DNA of 64,000 nucleotides from a virus (taxonomy: Duplodnaviria > Caudoviricetes). The DNA lies in IMG/VR virus record IMGVR_UViG_3300027759_000044, one strand, 5' to 3'. This document shows positions 52,063 to 60,566 of this stretch, one piece after another (within the stretch, counting starts at the first letter, position 1; each line of letters begins with the position of its first letter). The notes under the pieces are model-generated. The model did no database searches. It saw only the letters and a program-made list of their open reading frames with translations, and had not been told where the DNA came from. The position numbers were made by a program, and so were the translations under genes.

Positions 52063-55000
52063 ATGCTTAGAGATGTATTTTATTACGGGAATAAACCCAA
52101 TGTTCACCCAAGAGAAAAACATGCAATTGATTTAGTTGATGCTAGACAACAAGCTACTACTGAACATTTTTGGATAATCAATGAATATTGCGATTATACC
52201 AATTTTGATTGGGATTGGGACTTTGATTTTTTACCTGATGAAGAAGTTTGGACAGGTGAACATAATAATGTATGGCCAAACAAACAAAATAAAGACAGTG
52301 GCACATGGCTATGTTCAACCCAATATAGCGACATTATTATATATCGGGCAGATGTTGAACCTGTTAATAGAAAAAATACAAAACATAATAATTGGGTAAT
52401 TTTAGATAAGATTGATGAAACCAAATTTGATTTTAGTTGGGAGCCCAATCCATATGATCCTCCTTATATATACAAATGGGGTTGTAAATTCTATCCCGCT
52501 GAAATTAAACATTATGTAGAGTATCATGTTGAGGGTGCTACTAATATAAAATATATGCCTGATGTAGTAGAATTATCTCCTGAATGGGATAAATGGAAAA
52601 TAAATTATTCTATTGACAAATCAAGTTTTGATTTTAGTTGGAGACCTGATCCTCGTGAACCAGCATTTATTTATATGTTTGGTAACACACAATATCTAGC
52701 TGAAACGATGCCAACAGTTGAATATCATGTATCGGGAGCAACAGAACAAAAATTTATTGATGACCTATCAATGAGAGCCAAAATATTACCCAATAGTACA
52801 CGATTTGAACATTTAGAAAATTGTGATGGAATAGATTATTCATGGGTACCTGATCCATGGAGTCCCCCGTATATCTATGCTTGGGGCAATCAATGGAATA
52901 AACCAGAAGATAAAATCTCTATTCAATATGTTGTTGAAGGTGCAACAGAATACAAATACATGGAAGACCGTGCTACACGTAAACCATGCATGGACAACTG
53001 GGAAATACCACCTTATGTTATAAAGAATAGTTTTGATTTTAGTTGGGAACCTAATCCACATGACCCACCTTACATATATCAATTTGGTACAGTACATCAA
53101 AAGACAGGCGGTCCTCGCTATACAGTGCCCGGTGCAACAGAATTAAAATATATTGATACTGTTAAAGCAGAAGTAGTAGCATGGAGATTTACAAATTGGT
53201 TGATTCCAAGAAATGTAGACCAGGCATCATTTGATTGGAGTTGGCATCCCGATGATACTGACCCGCCCTACATCTATCAATTTCCTAGTACATGGAGTAA
53301 AACAGGTGGACCTAAATTTACTGTAGAAGGTGCCACTGAAACAAAATATATAGATTCGTTAATAGCAAAAGTTAAACAAGATATGACACATTGGTCTATA
53401 CCTGAAGGATTAGATACTAGTGAGTTTGATTTTAGTTGGCATCCTGATGTTGAAGACAAACCCTATATATATCAATTTGGTACACAATGGCAAAAAACAA
53501 ATGGTCCTGTTTTTACTGCTCCATTATGCGATGAAACTACACCTATCAAGTATATAGATATTATCAAAGCAAAATATTTGCCTAATAAAACAAATTGGAT
53601 TATACCTGCAGGGTTTGATGAAACTAAATTTGATTTTAGTTGGCATCCTGATGCAACTAGCCCGGCATATATCTATCAGTTTGGCACACTATTAGATGAC
53701 GTTCATTTAGAAGACGGTCCTAAATATGTTACACCCGATAATGACGGGACCATTGTATTAATGGAAAACATATTGTTATCAGATACAGTAGTACAGTACC
53801 CTCAATATTATATTGAAACTACATTAGAAGCATTGATAGAACAACACATAGATGAAATCTTTTGGGCATTACGTAAGAACATTAACTATACTAAGTTTGA
53901 TTTTGCATGGCAACCAACTAAAGAACAAGCATTTAATATTAACACATTTGGTAGTCCTGACAGTGAGTTAACACAAACCTACTTAGTTAACGGTAAGATG
54001 TGGCAAAAAGGTTATAGAGATATTAGCTTTATTGAAAATACAAAACTAGATGAAGAATATCTATCTAAGTTATTCAAACAAGTTGACGCTTTCTTTGTGG
54101 ATAAAGGTAATAAAGAATCTGCTACTAGATTTGAACAACTAAAAATACACTTCCCTACACTACAAAAGACACGTTATCTAAACAGTTGGGTTGATACAAT
54201 CAATCGCTGTATCAACAAATCTACTACAGAACTATGCTGGATATTGAATAGTGAATTAGATTATACTAACTTTGATTTTAACTATTATCCTAACCCATGG
54301 CAAATGACAATGGTTCATGTATTTGGCACTCAATGGAGTCATTGGGGTAGTACGTTTATGGTCAATAAAGAAACCTTTGCGGAAGATACAAAGTATGTGA
54401 AAATTATTGAACACCTAACTAACTTAAACTTTGTAAAAACAAAACGTGCTATAGCTAGTAATTGCTTGTATGATGTTTACTTAATTGATTATGGTAATGA
54501 CGGAGTTAATGATATTGTTTCATTAATAGAAAGCAAGATTAAACGTGAAAACGTTTATACAATCAAGTATGAAACTGATTACTTAACTACATTGAAGAAT
54601 ATGCTATATGAGTTGGGTATAAAAAAGGATCACTACATTTGGGTATGCAGTTCAATATGTGATTACACTAACTTTGACTTTACTTATATATGTGATCCAT
54701 TCTCATTGGAGCAGTTACATGTATTCCCTAGTGATAAACAAAAGTTTGGAGATACATTCTTTATTAATGTAAACAAATTACGTATTCTTGTAGAAGATTT
54801 GGATAAGCTAGAAAATATAGAGAAGATTAACTTTAATCAGCATCAAAAAGTAAAACGTTTGCCTGCCCCTAGTTTTGTTACTGATGCTGATACACATTTG
54901 AATTTCAAAAAACATAGTTATAACTTCCCTTATGCTGTGTTTACTACAAGTGATAATTTAATCGCACCAGACATTAATGATGAACCAATCAGTATGTGGT

Positions 55001-55812
55001 CTATTGAATCTAAGAATATATTGATTACGAATATGGGAGGCACACGTATTGTTGTACCCAAAGAAGCTAATAATTATGTTGAAAAGGAGTTGTATGATTA
55101 TCCATACATTTCCAAAGCAACAAAGATAGGACAGTCAACGCCACTGGATATAGTCTTCCTAAGTAACGGTGAAACCGGAGCTGACGAGAACTACGAACAC
55201 TTACTGAACGTGACTAAAGGACTGAAAAATCGTGTTGTTAGAGTCGACGGGGTCAATGGTCGTGTTGCTGCCTATCATGCAGCCGCAATTGCTAGTCAAA
55301 CATCTTGGATGTTTACGGTGTTTGCTAAATTAAAAGTTAATAGCAAGTTTGACTGGACATGGCAACCTGATAGATTACAAGTACCTAAACATTATATCTT
55401 CTATGCAAGTAACCCTGTTAATGGATTAGTATATGGTCACCAAGCTATGATTGCGTACAACAAACAGATTACATTAAGTAATATGGGCAAAGGATTAGAC
55501 TTTACATTAGATAGTGAGCATGAAGTTGTTGAGATTAATTCGGGTGTAGCACGTTACAATACAGATGAGTTTAGTACATGGCGCACTAGTTTCCGTGAAG
55601 CTATTAAGTTACGATTAGATGATAGTGCTATTAGTAGACACAGATTGAAAGTATGGACAACCGTTGGTGAAGGAGACTATGCCCAATATAGTACACAAGG
55701 TGCTCAACATGCTGTAGAATACTTTGAACAAGTCAATGGGGATTTAGACAAATTACGACTAAGTTATGATTGGCCTTGGTTGCAAGAGTATTTTAATACT
55801 AAATACAATTGA
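52063..55812 (+). CDS. 1249-aa repeat protein built from GT-A-like fragments
   Basis: About 12 copies of FDFSWxPD-type motifs; C-terminal domain (DIVFLSNGE...RVDGVNGRVAAYHAAA...NGLVYG...WRTSFREA) parallels the 34749 protein. Confidence 0.7.
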   Translation: MLRDVFYYGNKPNVHPREKHAIDLVDARQQATTEHFWIINEYCDYTNFDWDWDFDFLPDEEVWTGEHNNVWPNKQNKDSGTWLCSTQYSDIIIYRADVEPVNRKNTKHNNWVILDKIDETKFDFSWEPNPYDPPYIYKWGCKFYPAEIKHYVEYHVEGATNIKYMPDVVELSPEWDKWKINYSIDKSSFDFSWRPDPREPAFIYMFGNTQYLAETMPTVEYHVSGATEQKFIDDLSMRAKILPNSTRFEHLENCDGIDYSWVPDPWSPPYIYAWGNQWNKPEDKISIQYVVEGATEYKYMEDRATRKPCMDNWEIPPYVIKNSFDFSWEPNPHDPPYIYQFGTVHQKTGGPRYTVPGATELKYIDTVKAEVVAWRFTNWLIPRNVDQASFDWSWHPDDTDPPYIYQFPSTWSKTGGPKFTVEGATETKYIDSLIAKVKQDMTHWSIPEGLDTSEFDFSWHPDVEDKPYIYQFGTQWQKTNGPVFTAPLCDETTPIKYIDIIKAKYLPNKTNWIIPAGFDETKFDFSWHPDATSPAYIYQFGTLLDDVHLEDGPKYVTPDNDGTIVLMENILLSDTVVQYPQYYIETTLEALIEQHIDEIFWALRKNINYTKFDFAWQPTKEQAFNINTFGSPDSELTQTYLVNGKMWQKGYRDISFIENTKLDEEYLSKLFKQVDAFFVDKGNKESATRFEQLKIHFPTLQKTRYLNSWVDTINRCINKSTTELCWILNSELDYTNFDFNYYPNPWQMTMVHVFGTQWSHWGSTFMVNKETFAEDTKYVKIIEHLTNLNFVKTKRAIASNCLYDVYLIDYGNDGVNDIVSLIESKIKRENVYTIKYETDYLTTLKNMLYELGIKKDHYIWVCSSICDYTNFDFTYICDPFSLEQLHVFPSDKQKFGDTFFINVNKLRILVEDLDKLENIEKINFNQHQKVKRLPAPSFVTDADTHLNFKKHSYNFPYAVFTTSDNLIAPDINDEPISMWSIESKNILITNMGGTRIVVPKEANNYVEKELYDYPYISKATKIGQSTPLDIVFLSNGETGADENYEHLLNVTKGLKNRVVRVDGVNGRVAAYHAAAIASQTSWMFTVFAKLKVNSKFDWTWQPDRLQVPKHYIFYASNPVNGLVYGHQAMIAYNKQITLSNMGKGLDFTLDSEHEVVEINSGVARYNTDEFSTWRTSFREAIKLRLDDSAISRHRLKVWTTVGEGDYAQYSTQGAQHAVEYFEQVNGDLDKLRLSYDWPWLQEYFNTKYN
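55799..55805 (+). promoter_or_regulatory. Late promoter element (CTAAATA) for the tmRNA precursor
   Basis: Inside the last codons of the upstream gene; 5 nt later is G55811, just before the first strand that pairs with the coding piece. Confidence 0.55.
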
Positions 55813-56090
55813 AGTTATTGCTGTATGAAGCGATGTAAAATAAGTTCAAGACGCCGGGGCAGTGCCGGCCATCTCCACCTAAGTGTATGAGGTATATTTA
55901 GGTGGGGATGACACAGGATCGATTGGGCAAAGAGTAACAAAGTGGACAGCTCGGCAAAGCAGAAGCCGTTAGGGTTGGGGGAACTCGGCCGTAGAAGCAA
56001 AAAAAGTAACCGCAAACGACTCACAGTTCGCATTGGCAGCTTGATAAAGGCTACCTAGGGTAAGACATACCTCGTAACAGAAACTCAGAA
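55811..56090 (+). ncRNA. ssrA: Circularly permuted (two-piece) tmRNA
   Basis: T-arm GCCGG-GGCAGTG-CCGGC (55853-55869), acceptor 3' strand CATCTCC-ACC (55870-55879), then 5' strand GGGGATG (55904-55910) with G3.U70 pair. GTTCAA 55844-55849 pairs with TTGGGC 55923-55928; GTTATT 55814-55819 with AGTAAC 55933-55938. Tag GCA AAC GAC TCA CAG TTC GCA TTG GCA GCT TGA TAA (56012-56047) = ANDSQFALAA. Ends approximate. Confidence 0.93.
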
Positions 56091-56116
56091 AAGGCTCTTC
56101 GGAGCCTTTCCTATTT
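56090..56116 (+). terminator. Intrinsic terminator-like hairpin after tmRNA
   Basis: AAAGGCTC-TTCG-GAGCCTTT: 8-bp stem with C(UUCG)G tetraloop and an interrupted U-rich tail. Confidence 0.75.
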
Positions 56117-56151
56117 AATAAATATCATGATATTTCTCAACTAAAAAGCAA

Positions 56152-56158
56152 ATAAATA
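56152..56158 (+). promoter_or_regulatory. Late promoter element (ATAAATA)
   Basis: Intergenic, upstream of SD AGAGGA and ATG 56184. Confidence 0.6.
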
Positions 56159-56183
56159 CTATCTCTAGAGGATGATAATAAAA

Positions 56184-57317
56184 ATGAAAAGAATTCTCGC
56201 TATAGTTGCCATGCTGGGTATGGCATTCACTACGCAAGCACAAACTACTACTACATCAGGAACAACCGGCGGTACAACCACTGGCACAAGTACACTGATT
56301 AATCAAAACTCAGCAATATCAGGTGGATACTCTTCTACCAGTTTAGTAGATACTAATAGTACAAGTAACAGTACCAGTACGGTTACTTCTAATAGTAATA
56401 CTACTAGTAATAGCAACAGCACCAGTACCGCTGCCGTTAATAGTACTAGTGCAAATACTAACAATAATACTAGTACTAGCGTAAACACTAACAATAACAT
56501 CAATAGTGGTACAAGTACTGTTAACAATAACAATGTTAGCTCCGGAACAATGACATACAATAACAATAACGTTAATACCGGAACAATGACTTATAACAAT
56601 AACAATGTTAGTACAAGCACAAGTAATAACACAAACATTAACAAAAATGAAAATACTGGTACAATGACATACAATAATAACAATGTCAGTACAGCCACTA
56701 ATAACAATAACAATGTTAGTACAAGCACAAGTAATAACAATAACGTTAATACTGGTGATATGACTAATAGGAATATCAATACTTCAACAAGTGCTAGTAC
56801 TTCAGTTAACAACAATGTTAATCAAAATAATTCAGTTAATACAAATATTCAACAAGGTGAGTTAACCAACAAGAATATTAATCAAACTGAGATTACACAA
56901 CGTGTTATTCAGCCGCCACCAACTGCTGTAGCTCCTGCTATGTTGTCAGGTGGTAATGCTGACCTATGTTCTACTGGTAGTAGTGGTAGTGTACAGACGC
57001 AAGTATTTGGTGTAAGTTCAGGTGGAACTATACGTGACATGAATTGTGAACGATTAAAATTATCTAAAACTCTATACGATATGGGTATGAAAGTGGCCGC
57101 AGTGGCTACTATGTGTCAAGACCGTCGTGTGTTTGATGCTATGTTAGCCGCAGGAACACCTTGCCCATACGAAGGCAAGATAGGTGAACAAGCTAAAGCA
57201 CAATGGGAAGCTAATCCAGATAAGATACCTAAAGTAGATGAGGAAAAACTAGATGACACTTATAAGAAAGTTGGCATTGGGGCTGTTCTTGGTCTTATTG
57301 TCAACAAAATATTCTAA
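56184..57317 (+). CDS. Secreted/membrane protein with Asn/Thr/Ser repeat region and Cys-rich C-terminal domain
   Basis: Signal peptide MKRILAIVAMLGMAFTTQA; GTMTYNNNNV repeats; DLC...NCERLKLSKTLYDMGMKVAAVATMCQD...GTPCP; C-terminal hydrophobic anchor. ATG 56184 fits the SD better than 56172. Confidence 0.75.
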   Translation: MKRILAIVAMLGMAFTTQAQTTTTSGTTGGTTTGTSTLINQNSAISGGYSSTSLVDTNSTSNSTSTVTSNSNTTSNSNSTSTAAVNSTSANTNNNTSTSVNTNNNINSGTSTVNNNNVSSGTMTYNNNNVNTGTMTYNNNNVSTSTSNNTNINKNENTGTMTYNNNNVSTATNNNNNVSTSTSNNNNVNTGDMTNRNINTSTSASTSVNNNVNQNNSVNTNIQQGELTNKNINQTEITQRVIQPPPTAVAPAMLSGGNADLCSTGSSGSVQTQVFGVSSGGTIRDMNCERLKLSKTLYDMGMKVAAVATMCQDRRVFDAMLAAGTPCPYEGKIGEQAKAQWEANPDKIPKVDEEKLDDTYKKVGIGAVLGLIVNKIF

Positions 57318-58956
57318 TAGTCAACAAGTTGATACAACAGGTAACCTGACTAACTTTACTAATCAGGCTACTGGTACTACCTCTACTTGGCAAAATGCTG
57401 GTACGATCGGTCAACAGTTAACTTGCTGGGAAGCCGGAGGTCCTGGCTATTGTGGTCCACTACCTAGAGTTGCAGCCTGGGGTTCAGGTAGTAATGTCAT
57501 CAACTTCTCTTATGGATTAACAGACTTAAATCAAGTAGTCAATATTAAAAACGCATTGCCTAATTCAGGAACAGGATTACAAGTTAACGGATTTAACTTT
57601 AGTTTCCAAGCTAAAAACGGTAACGGTTGGGATAATGGTATGCAAGATTATCTAACAGCGTATGTCAACATCTACAATAACACAAACTCAAAAGTAGTAG
57701 AGGCATACAACTATGACCTCAATCGTAAATACAACTGGACACAGTTTAGCTATTCAGAAACATTTAAGTCAGCATATGGTGCTCCTGATTTAGGCAATGC
57801 TCAGTACGGGTTCATTGGTAAAGATAATAACTTTTGGGTAGGGCCATATGGTCCAGAAATAACTGCGGTAAGTTTTAGTTTAAAATATAGTGTTGATCCT
57901 TGTGCTACCAACCCATTATATTCACCTAGTTGCAGAGGTTACAATGATGCTATGGCTAAACTAAATCCAATAGTAGTTGCGCCTGAAGATACTCCTCCAC
58001 CGCCATCACCGGATGGTATGCCTCCACCGCCACCGGGTTCAGAACCACCATCGGGAAGTCCACCTCCTCCAGGACAAGGCCCTGGCCCAAACAATAACCC
58101 CAACGGTCCTCCGCCAAACAATCAACCTCCTCCTCAAGGTGGTGGTCAACCACCTAAGCCAGGTGAAACAAAAACTGCAAGTGATAACAAAGCTGGTCCT
58201 AGTCTAGGATCAGTATTGAGTATGATTAATACTAATCAAGCTAGAATAGGTAATGAAACAAAAGCAGTTGTTCAAGCGGCAGAAAGTGCGGCAGCAAAAG
58301 ATGCACAGCAAGCACAACAGCAAGCTGAAACAGTGGCAGGAACATTAACTACTCAAAGTATTACTGGCAGTCTAACAACTACAGGTACAACGGCAACAAA
58401 AACAACCAGCTCATCACAAATGTCAGTTGTTTCTATTTTAAACACAGCACAGGATAGTATCATTAATATTGGAGGTCTACGTGCGCCAACTCAGAGTATA
58501 TTTGTTGAACCTAATACTACAATGAATAACAATACGTCATTTGGATCAACAGAAATGTATAGTTTACAATCACCTCAAGGACGTAATGCTACTACTATTG
58601 AAGTAGAAGTACCACAGAATGAGGGTATTAAAATGGGTTCACGCTCAGTGTTAAATGATGCAATAGAAGAACGTCCAGTTGCACAGAATACAAATACGCA
58701 AGAACAAAAGACAGAATTAGTGAATAGAAATGTTCAACCAAATGAATTAGCTGGGGGTGTCGATATAGCTAGAATGGCAATTCAACCTGCCGGTTATCAA
58801 GCATATTCATTTGCGTTAGCAGATGCACCGTTCTATTCACCAAAAGAGATTTATAAAAATCAAGTAAATGTAGACAACGCAAGAGTATTGCGTCAATTGT
58901 CTAGTGATAGATTACACCAAGACTTGGTAAACTTACAATATAAATTAGGACAATGA
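57253..58956 (+). CDS. Secreted protein with beta-rich N-domain, Pro-rich linker and low-complexity C-terminal half
   Basis: Signal-like N-terminus; DPCATNPLYSPSCRGY motif; poly-Pro stretch about 57990-58160; overlaps the upstream gene by 65 nt. Confidence 0.7.
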   Translation: MTLIRKLALGLFLVLLSTKYSNSQQVDTTGNLTNFTNQATGTTSTWQNAGTIGQQLTCWEAGGPGYCGPLPRVAAWGSGSNVINFSYGLTDLNQVVNIKNALPNSGTGLQVNGFNFSFQAKNGNGWDNGMQDYLTAYVNIYNNTNSKVVEAYNYDLNRKYNWTQFSYSETFKSAYGAPDLGNAQYGFIGKDNNFWVGPYGPEITAVSFSLKYSVDPCATNPLYSPSCRGYNDAMAKLNPIVVAPEDTPPPPSPDGMPPPPPGSEPPSGSPPPPGQGPGPNNNPNGPPPNNQPPPQGGGQPPKPGETKTASDNKAGPSLGSVLSMINTNQARIGNETKAVVQAAESAAAKDAQQAQQQAETVAGTLTTQSITGSLTTTGTTATKTTSSSQMSVVSILNTAQDSIINIGGLRAPTQSIFVEPNTTMNNNTSFGSTEMYSLQSPQGRNATTIEVEVPQNEGIKMGSRSVLNDAIEERPVAQNTNTQEQKTELVNRNVQPNELAGGVDIARMAIQPAGYQAYSFALADAPFYSPKEIYKNQVNVDNARVLRQLSSDRLHQDLVNLQYKLGQ

Positions 58957-58957
58957 T

Positions 58958-59047
58958 ATGAACGGTGAACTAATTTATGATATAGTATGTGGAATTGTAG
59001 TAGTTACTGCAATCATTGTTGTAGTGTGTTATCTAATTTTAAAATAA
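58958..59047 (+). CDS. 29-aa single-pass membrane peptide (not in ORF track)
   Basis: MNGELIYDIVCGIVVVTAIIVVVCYLILK*; exactly fills the gap between flanking genes. Confidence 0.5.
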   Translation: MNGELIYDIVCGIVVVTAIIVVVCYLILK

Positions 59048-59061
59048 ACTAGGAGAAAAAA

Positions 59062-59682
59062 ATGAGTGAAGAAATAAAAGACGTAAATGCAAAGGTTGAT
59101 GAACTAGAAGCAGCCGCAAAAAAATACGCAAGCAAGGATACGGTAATCAGTATTGGTGGATATGAGTTTACACCCGCCAAACTAATGGTAGCATTTACTA
59201 TCGTATCATCTATACTGGGTGGACTTTATGGTTCATTTGAAGTGTACAAAGACTATGTGGGTATGAAGAAAAAGATAGCTGAATACTCTGCACCAGACTT
59301 ATCTGGATTTGATAAGCGTTTAGCAGTTATTGAAGAAAATAGTCAAAAGGGTGCTGATTACACACGTGATATCAAAACCGATTTAAAGAACGATATTCGC
59401 CGTAACGAAACTGTAACTGAACAAGTAGAACGTAGTGTTAAGAATGCCCAACGTGAAACTGAGTCAGAAATGCGTGATATGCGTAAAGCTGTGCGTGAAG
59501 ACTTGGAAAGAGCTAGAAACGAAGCTAACGCAATTCGCAAGGATATGGAATCAACCCGTAAAGAAATTAACAGTGAATTTACTGCGGCACGTAGAGAAAT
59601 CAACCGTGAAGTAGAGACACTAAAGAGAGAAGTTGATAGCAAAATACAAAAAGCTATGGACAATCCTTTAGCTAACAAATAA
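59062..59682 (+). CDS. Membrane-anchored coiled-coil protein
   Basis: SD AGGAG; TM segment LMVAFTIVSSILGGLYGSF followed by a long charged heptad region. Confidence 0.75.
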   Translation: MSEEIKDVNAKVDELEAAAKKYASKDTVISIGGYEFTPAKLMVAFTIVSSILGGLYGSFEVYKDYVGMKKKIAEYSAPDLSGFDKRLAVIEENSQKGADYTRDIKTDLKNDIRRNETVTEQVERSVKNAQRETESEMRDMRKAVREDLERARNEANAIRKDMESTRKEINSEFTAARREINREVETLKREVDSKIQKAMDNPLANK

Positions 59683-59684
59683 GA

Positions 59685-59706
59685 TTGTCACTAATTTGTC
59701 ACATAT
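59685..59706 (+). promoter_or_regulatory. Pho-box-like direct repeat
   Basis: TTGTCAC-TAAT-TTGTCAC-ATAT: 11-bp-periodic 7-mers matching the PhoB consensus CTGTCAT-A(A/T)A(A/T)-CTGTCA(C/T). Confidence 0.75.
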
Positions 59707-59712
59707 CTCTCA

Positions 59713-59719
59713 ATAAATA
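59713..59719 (+). promoter_or_regulatory. Late promoter element downstream of the Pho-like box
   Basis: ATAAATA-CTAT-ATG(59724). Confidence 0.6.
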
Positions 59720-59723
59720 CTAT

Positions 59724-60566
59724 ATGAAAACATATCGTTCTATTTTTGTGAGTGATGTACATTTAGGTACCAAAGATAGTCAGGCTGATAAGTTAAATAA
59801 CTTTTTAAAACACAATACATGTGATACACTTTATCTAGTAGGTGATATTATTGATGCATGGCGTATACAGCAAAACAAGTGGCGCTGGAAACAAAGCCAT
59901 ACCAATGTAGTACGTAGAGTGTTAGGCCATGCTAAACGTGGTACTAGAGTTGTTTATATCGCTGGCAATCACGATGAGTTTTTAAGACCTATGATTCCAT
60001 ATGATTTTAGTTTTGGTCTTATAGAAATTCATAATCAAATAGAACATATAGGTATAGATGGAAAGCATTATCTAGTCACACACGGTGATTTATTTGATGG
60101 AATTACACGGCTAGCACCTTGGCTAGCATTTTTAGGAGACAAAGCATATGATTTCATTTTATCGCTCAATAGTAAGTTCAATTGGATACGTCATCGTTTT
60201 GGTTTTGGGTACTTTAGTCTTAGCAAATACCTTAAACACAAAGTAAAAAAAGCCATAGATTTTATGTTTCAGTTTGAAAAGAATCTAGCTGGGTATTGTA
60301 AGAAGCGAGGATTTGATGGTGTAATATGTGGTCATATACACCATGCTGAAATAAAAACTATAGATGGTGTCATTTACATGAATGATGGTGACTGGGTTGA
60401 ATCTTGTACAGCACTAGTAGAACATCATGATGGACGTTGGGAAATAGTTACTTGGACTAGGGAGAAGGACAATGTGGGTATTAATAATTCTAGCAGTTCA
60501 CATGAACGACCCAAAGGACATACCGGGACGAGTGGAGTTGACATTTCAGGACAAACTCTCATGTGA
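59724..60566 (+). CDS. Metallophosphoesterase of the LpxH-like/PlcP family (candidate phospholipase C)
   Basis: SDVHLG, LVGDIID, AGNHD, THGD, CGHIHH, NDGDWVESCTAL. The track start 59685 (TTG) lies in the Pho box; ATG 59724 preferred. Confidence 0.85.
   Translation: MKTYRSIFVSDVHLGTKDSQADKLNNFLKHNTCDTLYLVGDIIDAWRIQQNKWRWKQSHTNVVRRVLGHAKRGTRVVYIAGNHDEFLRPMIPYDFSFGLIEIHNQIEHIGIDGKHYLVTHGDLFDGITRLAPWLAFLGDKAYDFILSLNSKFNWIRHRFGFGYFSLSKYLKHKVKKAIDFMFQFEKNLAGYCKKRGFDGVICGHIHHAEIKTIDGVIYMNDGDWVESCTALVEHHDGRWEIVTWTREKDNVGINNSSSSHERPKGHTGTSGVDISGQTLM

Noticed and set aside
52400-53700. Diversity-generating retroelement template/variable repeats
   Set aside because: Repeat copies differ at all base types, all lie inside one ORF, and no reverse transcriptase is present in the window.
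55850-55910. Stand-alone tRNA-Ala
   Set aside because: No anticodon arm, halves in permuted order and a downstream tag frame; it is the tRNA-like domain of tmRNA.
55815-56033. 72-aa minus-strand ORF
   Set aside because: Lies antisense to the tmRNA, whose pairings and tag explain the sequence.
56112-56124. TATTTA-A-TAAATA palindrome as an antisense promoter into the tmRNA
   Set aside because: AT-only motif likely by chance in this composition; the adjacent hairpin would probably stop such a transcript, and the plus copy leads only to a 5-codon ORF.
56500-56780. CRISPR-like array
   Set aside because: Repeats are in-frame, degenerate at third positions and lack unique spacers; no cas genes seen.
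56303-56815. Poly-Leu/Val minus-strand ORFs resembling membrane proteins
   Set aside because: Simple reverse complement of the AAC/AAT/ACT-rich repeat tract on the plus strand.
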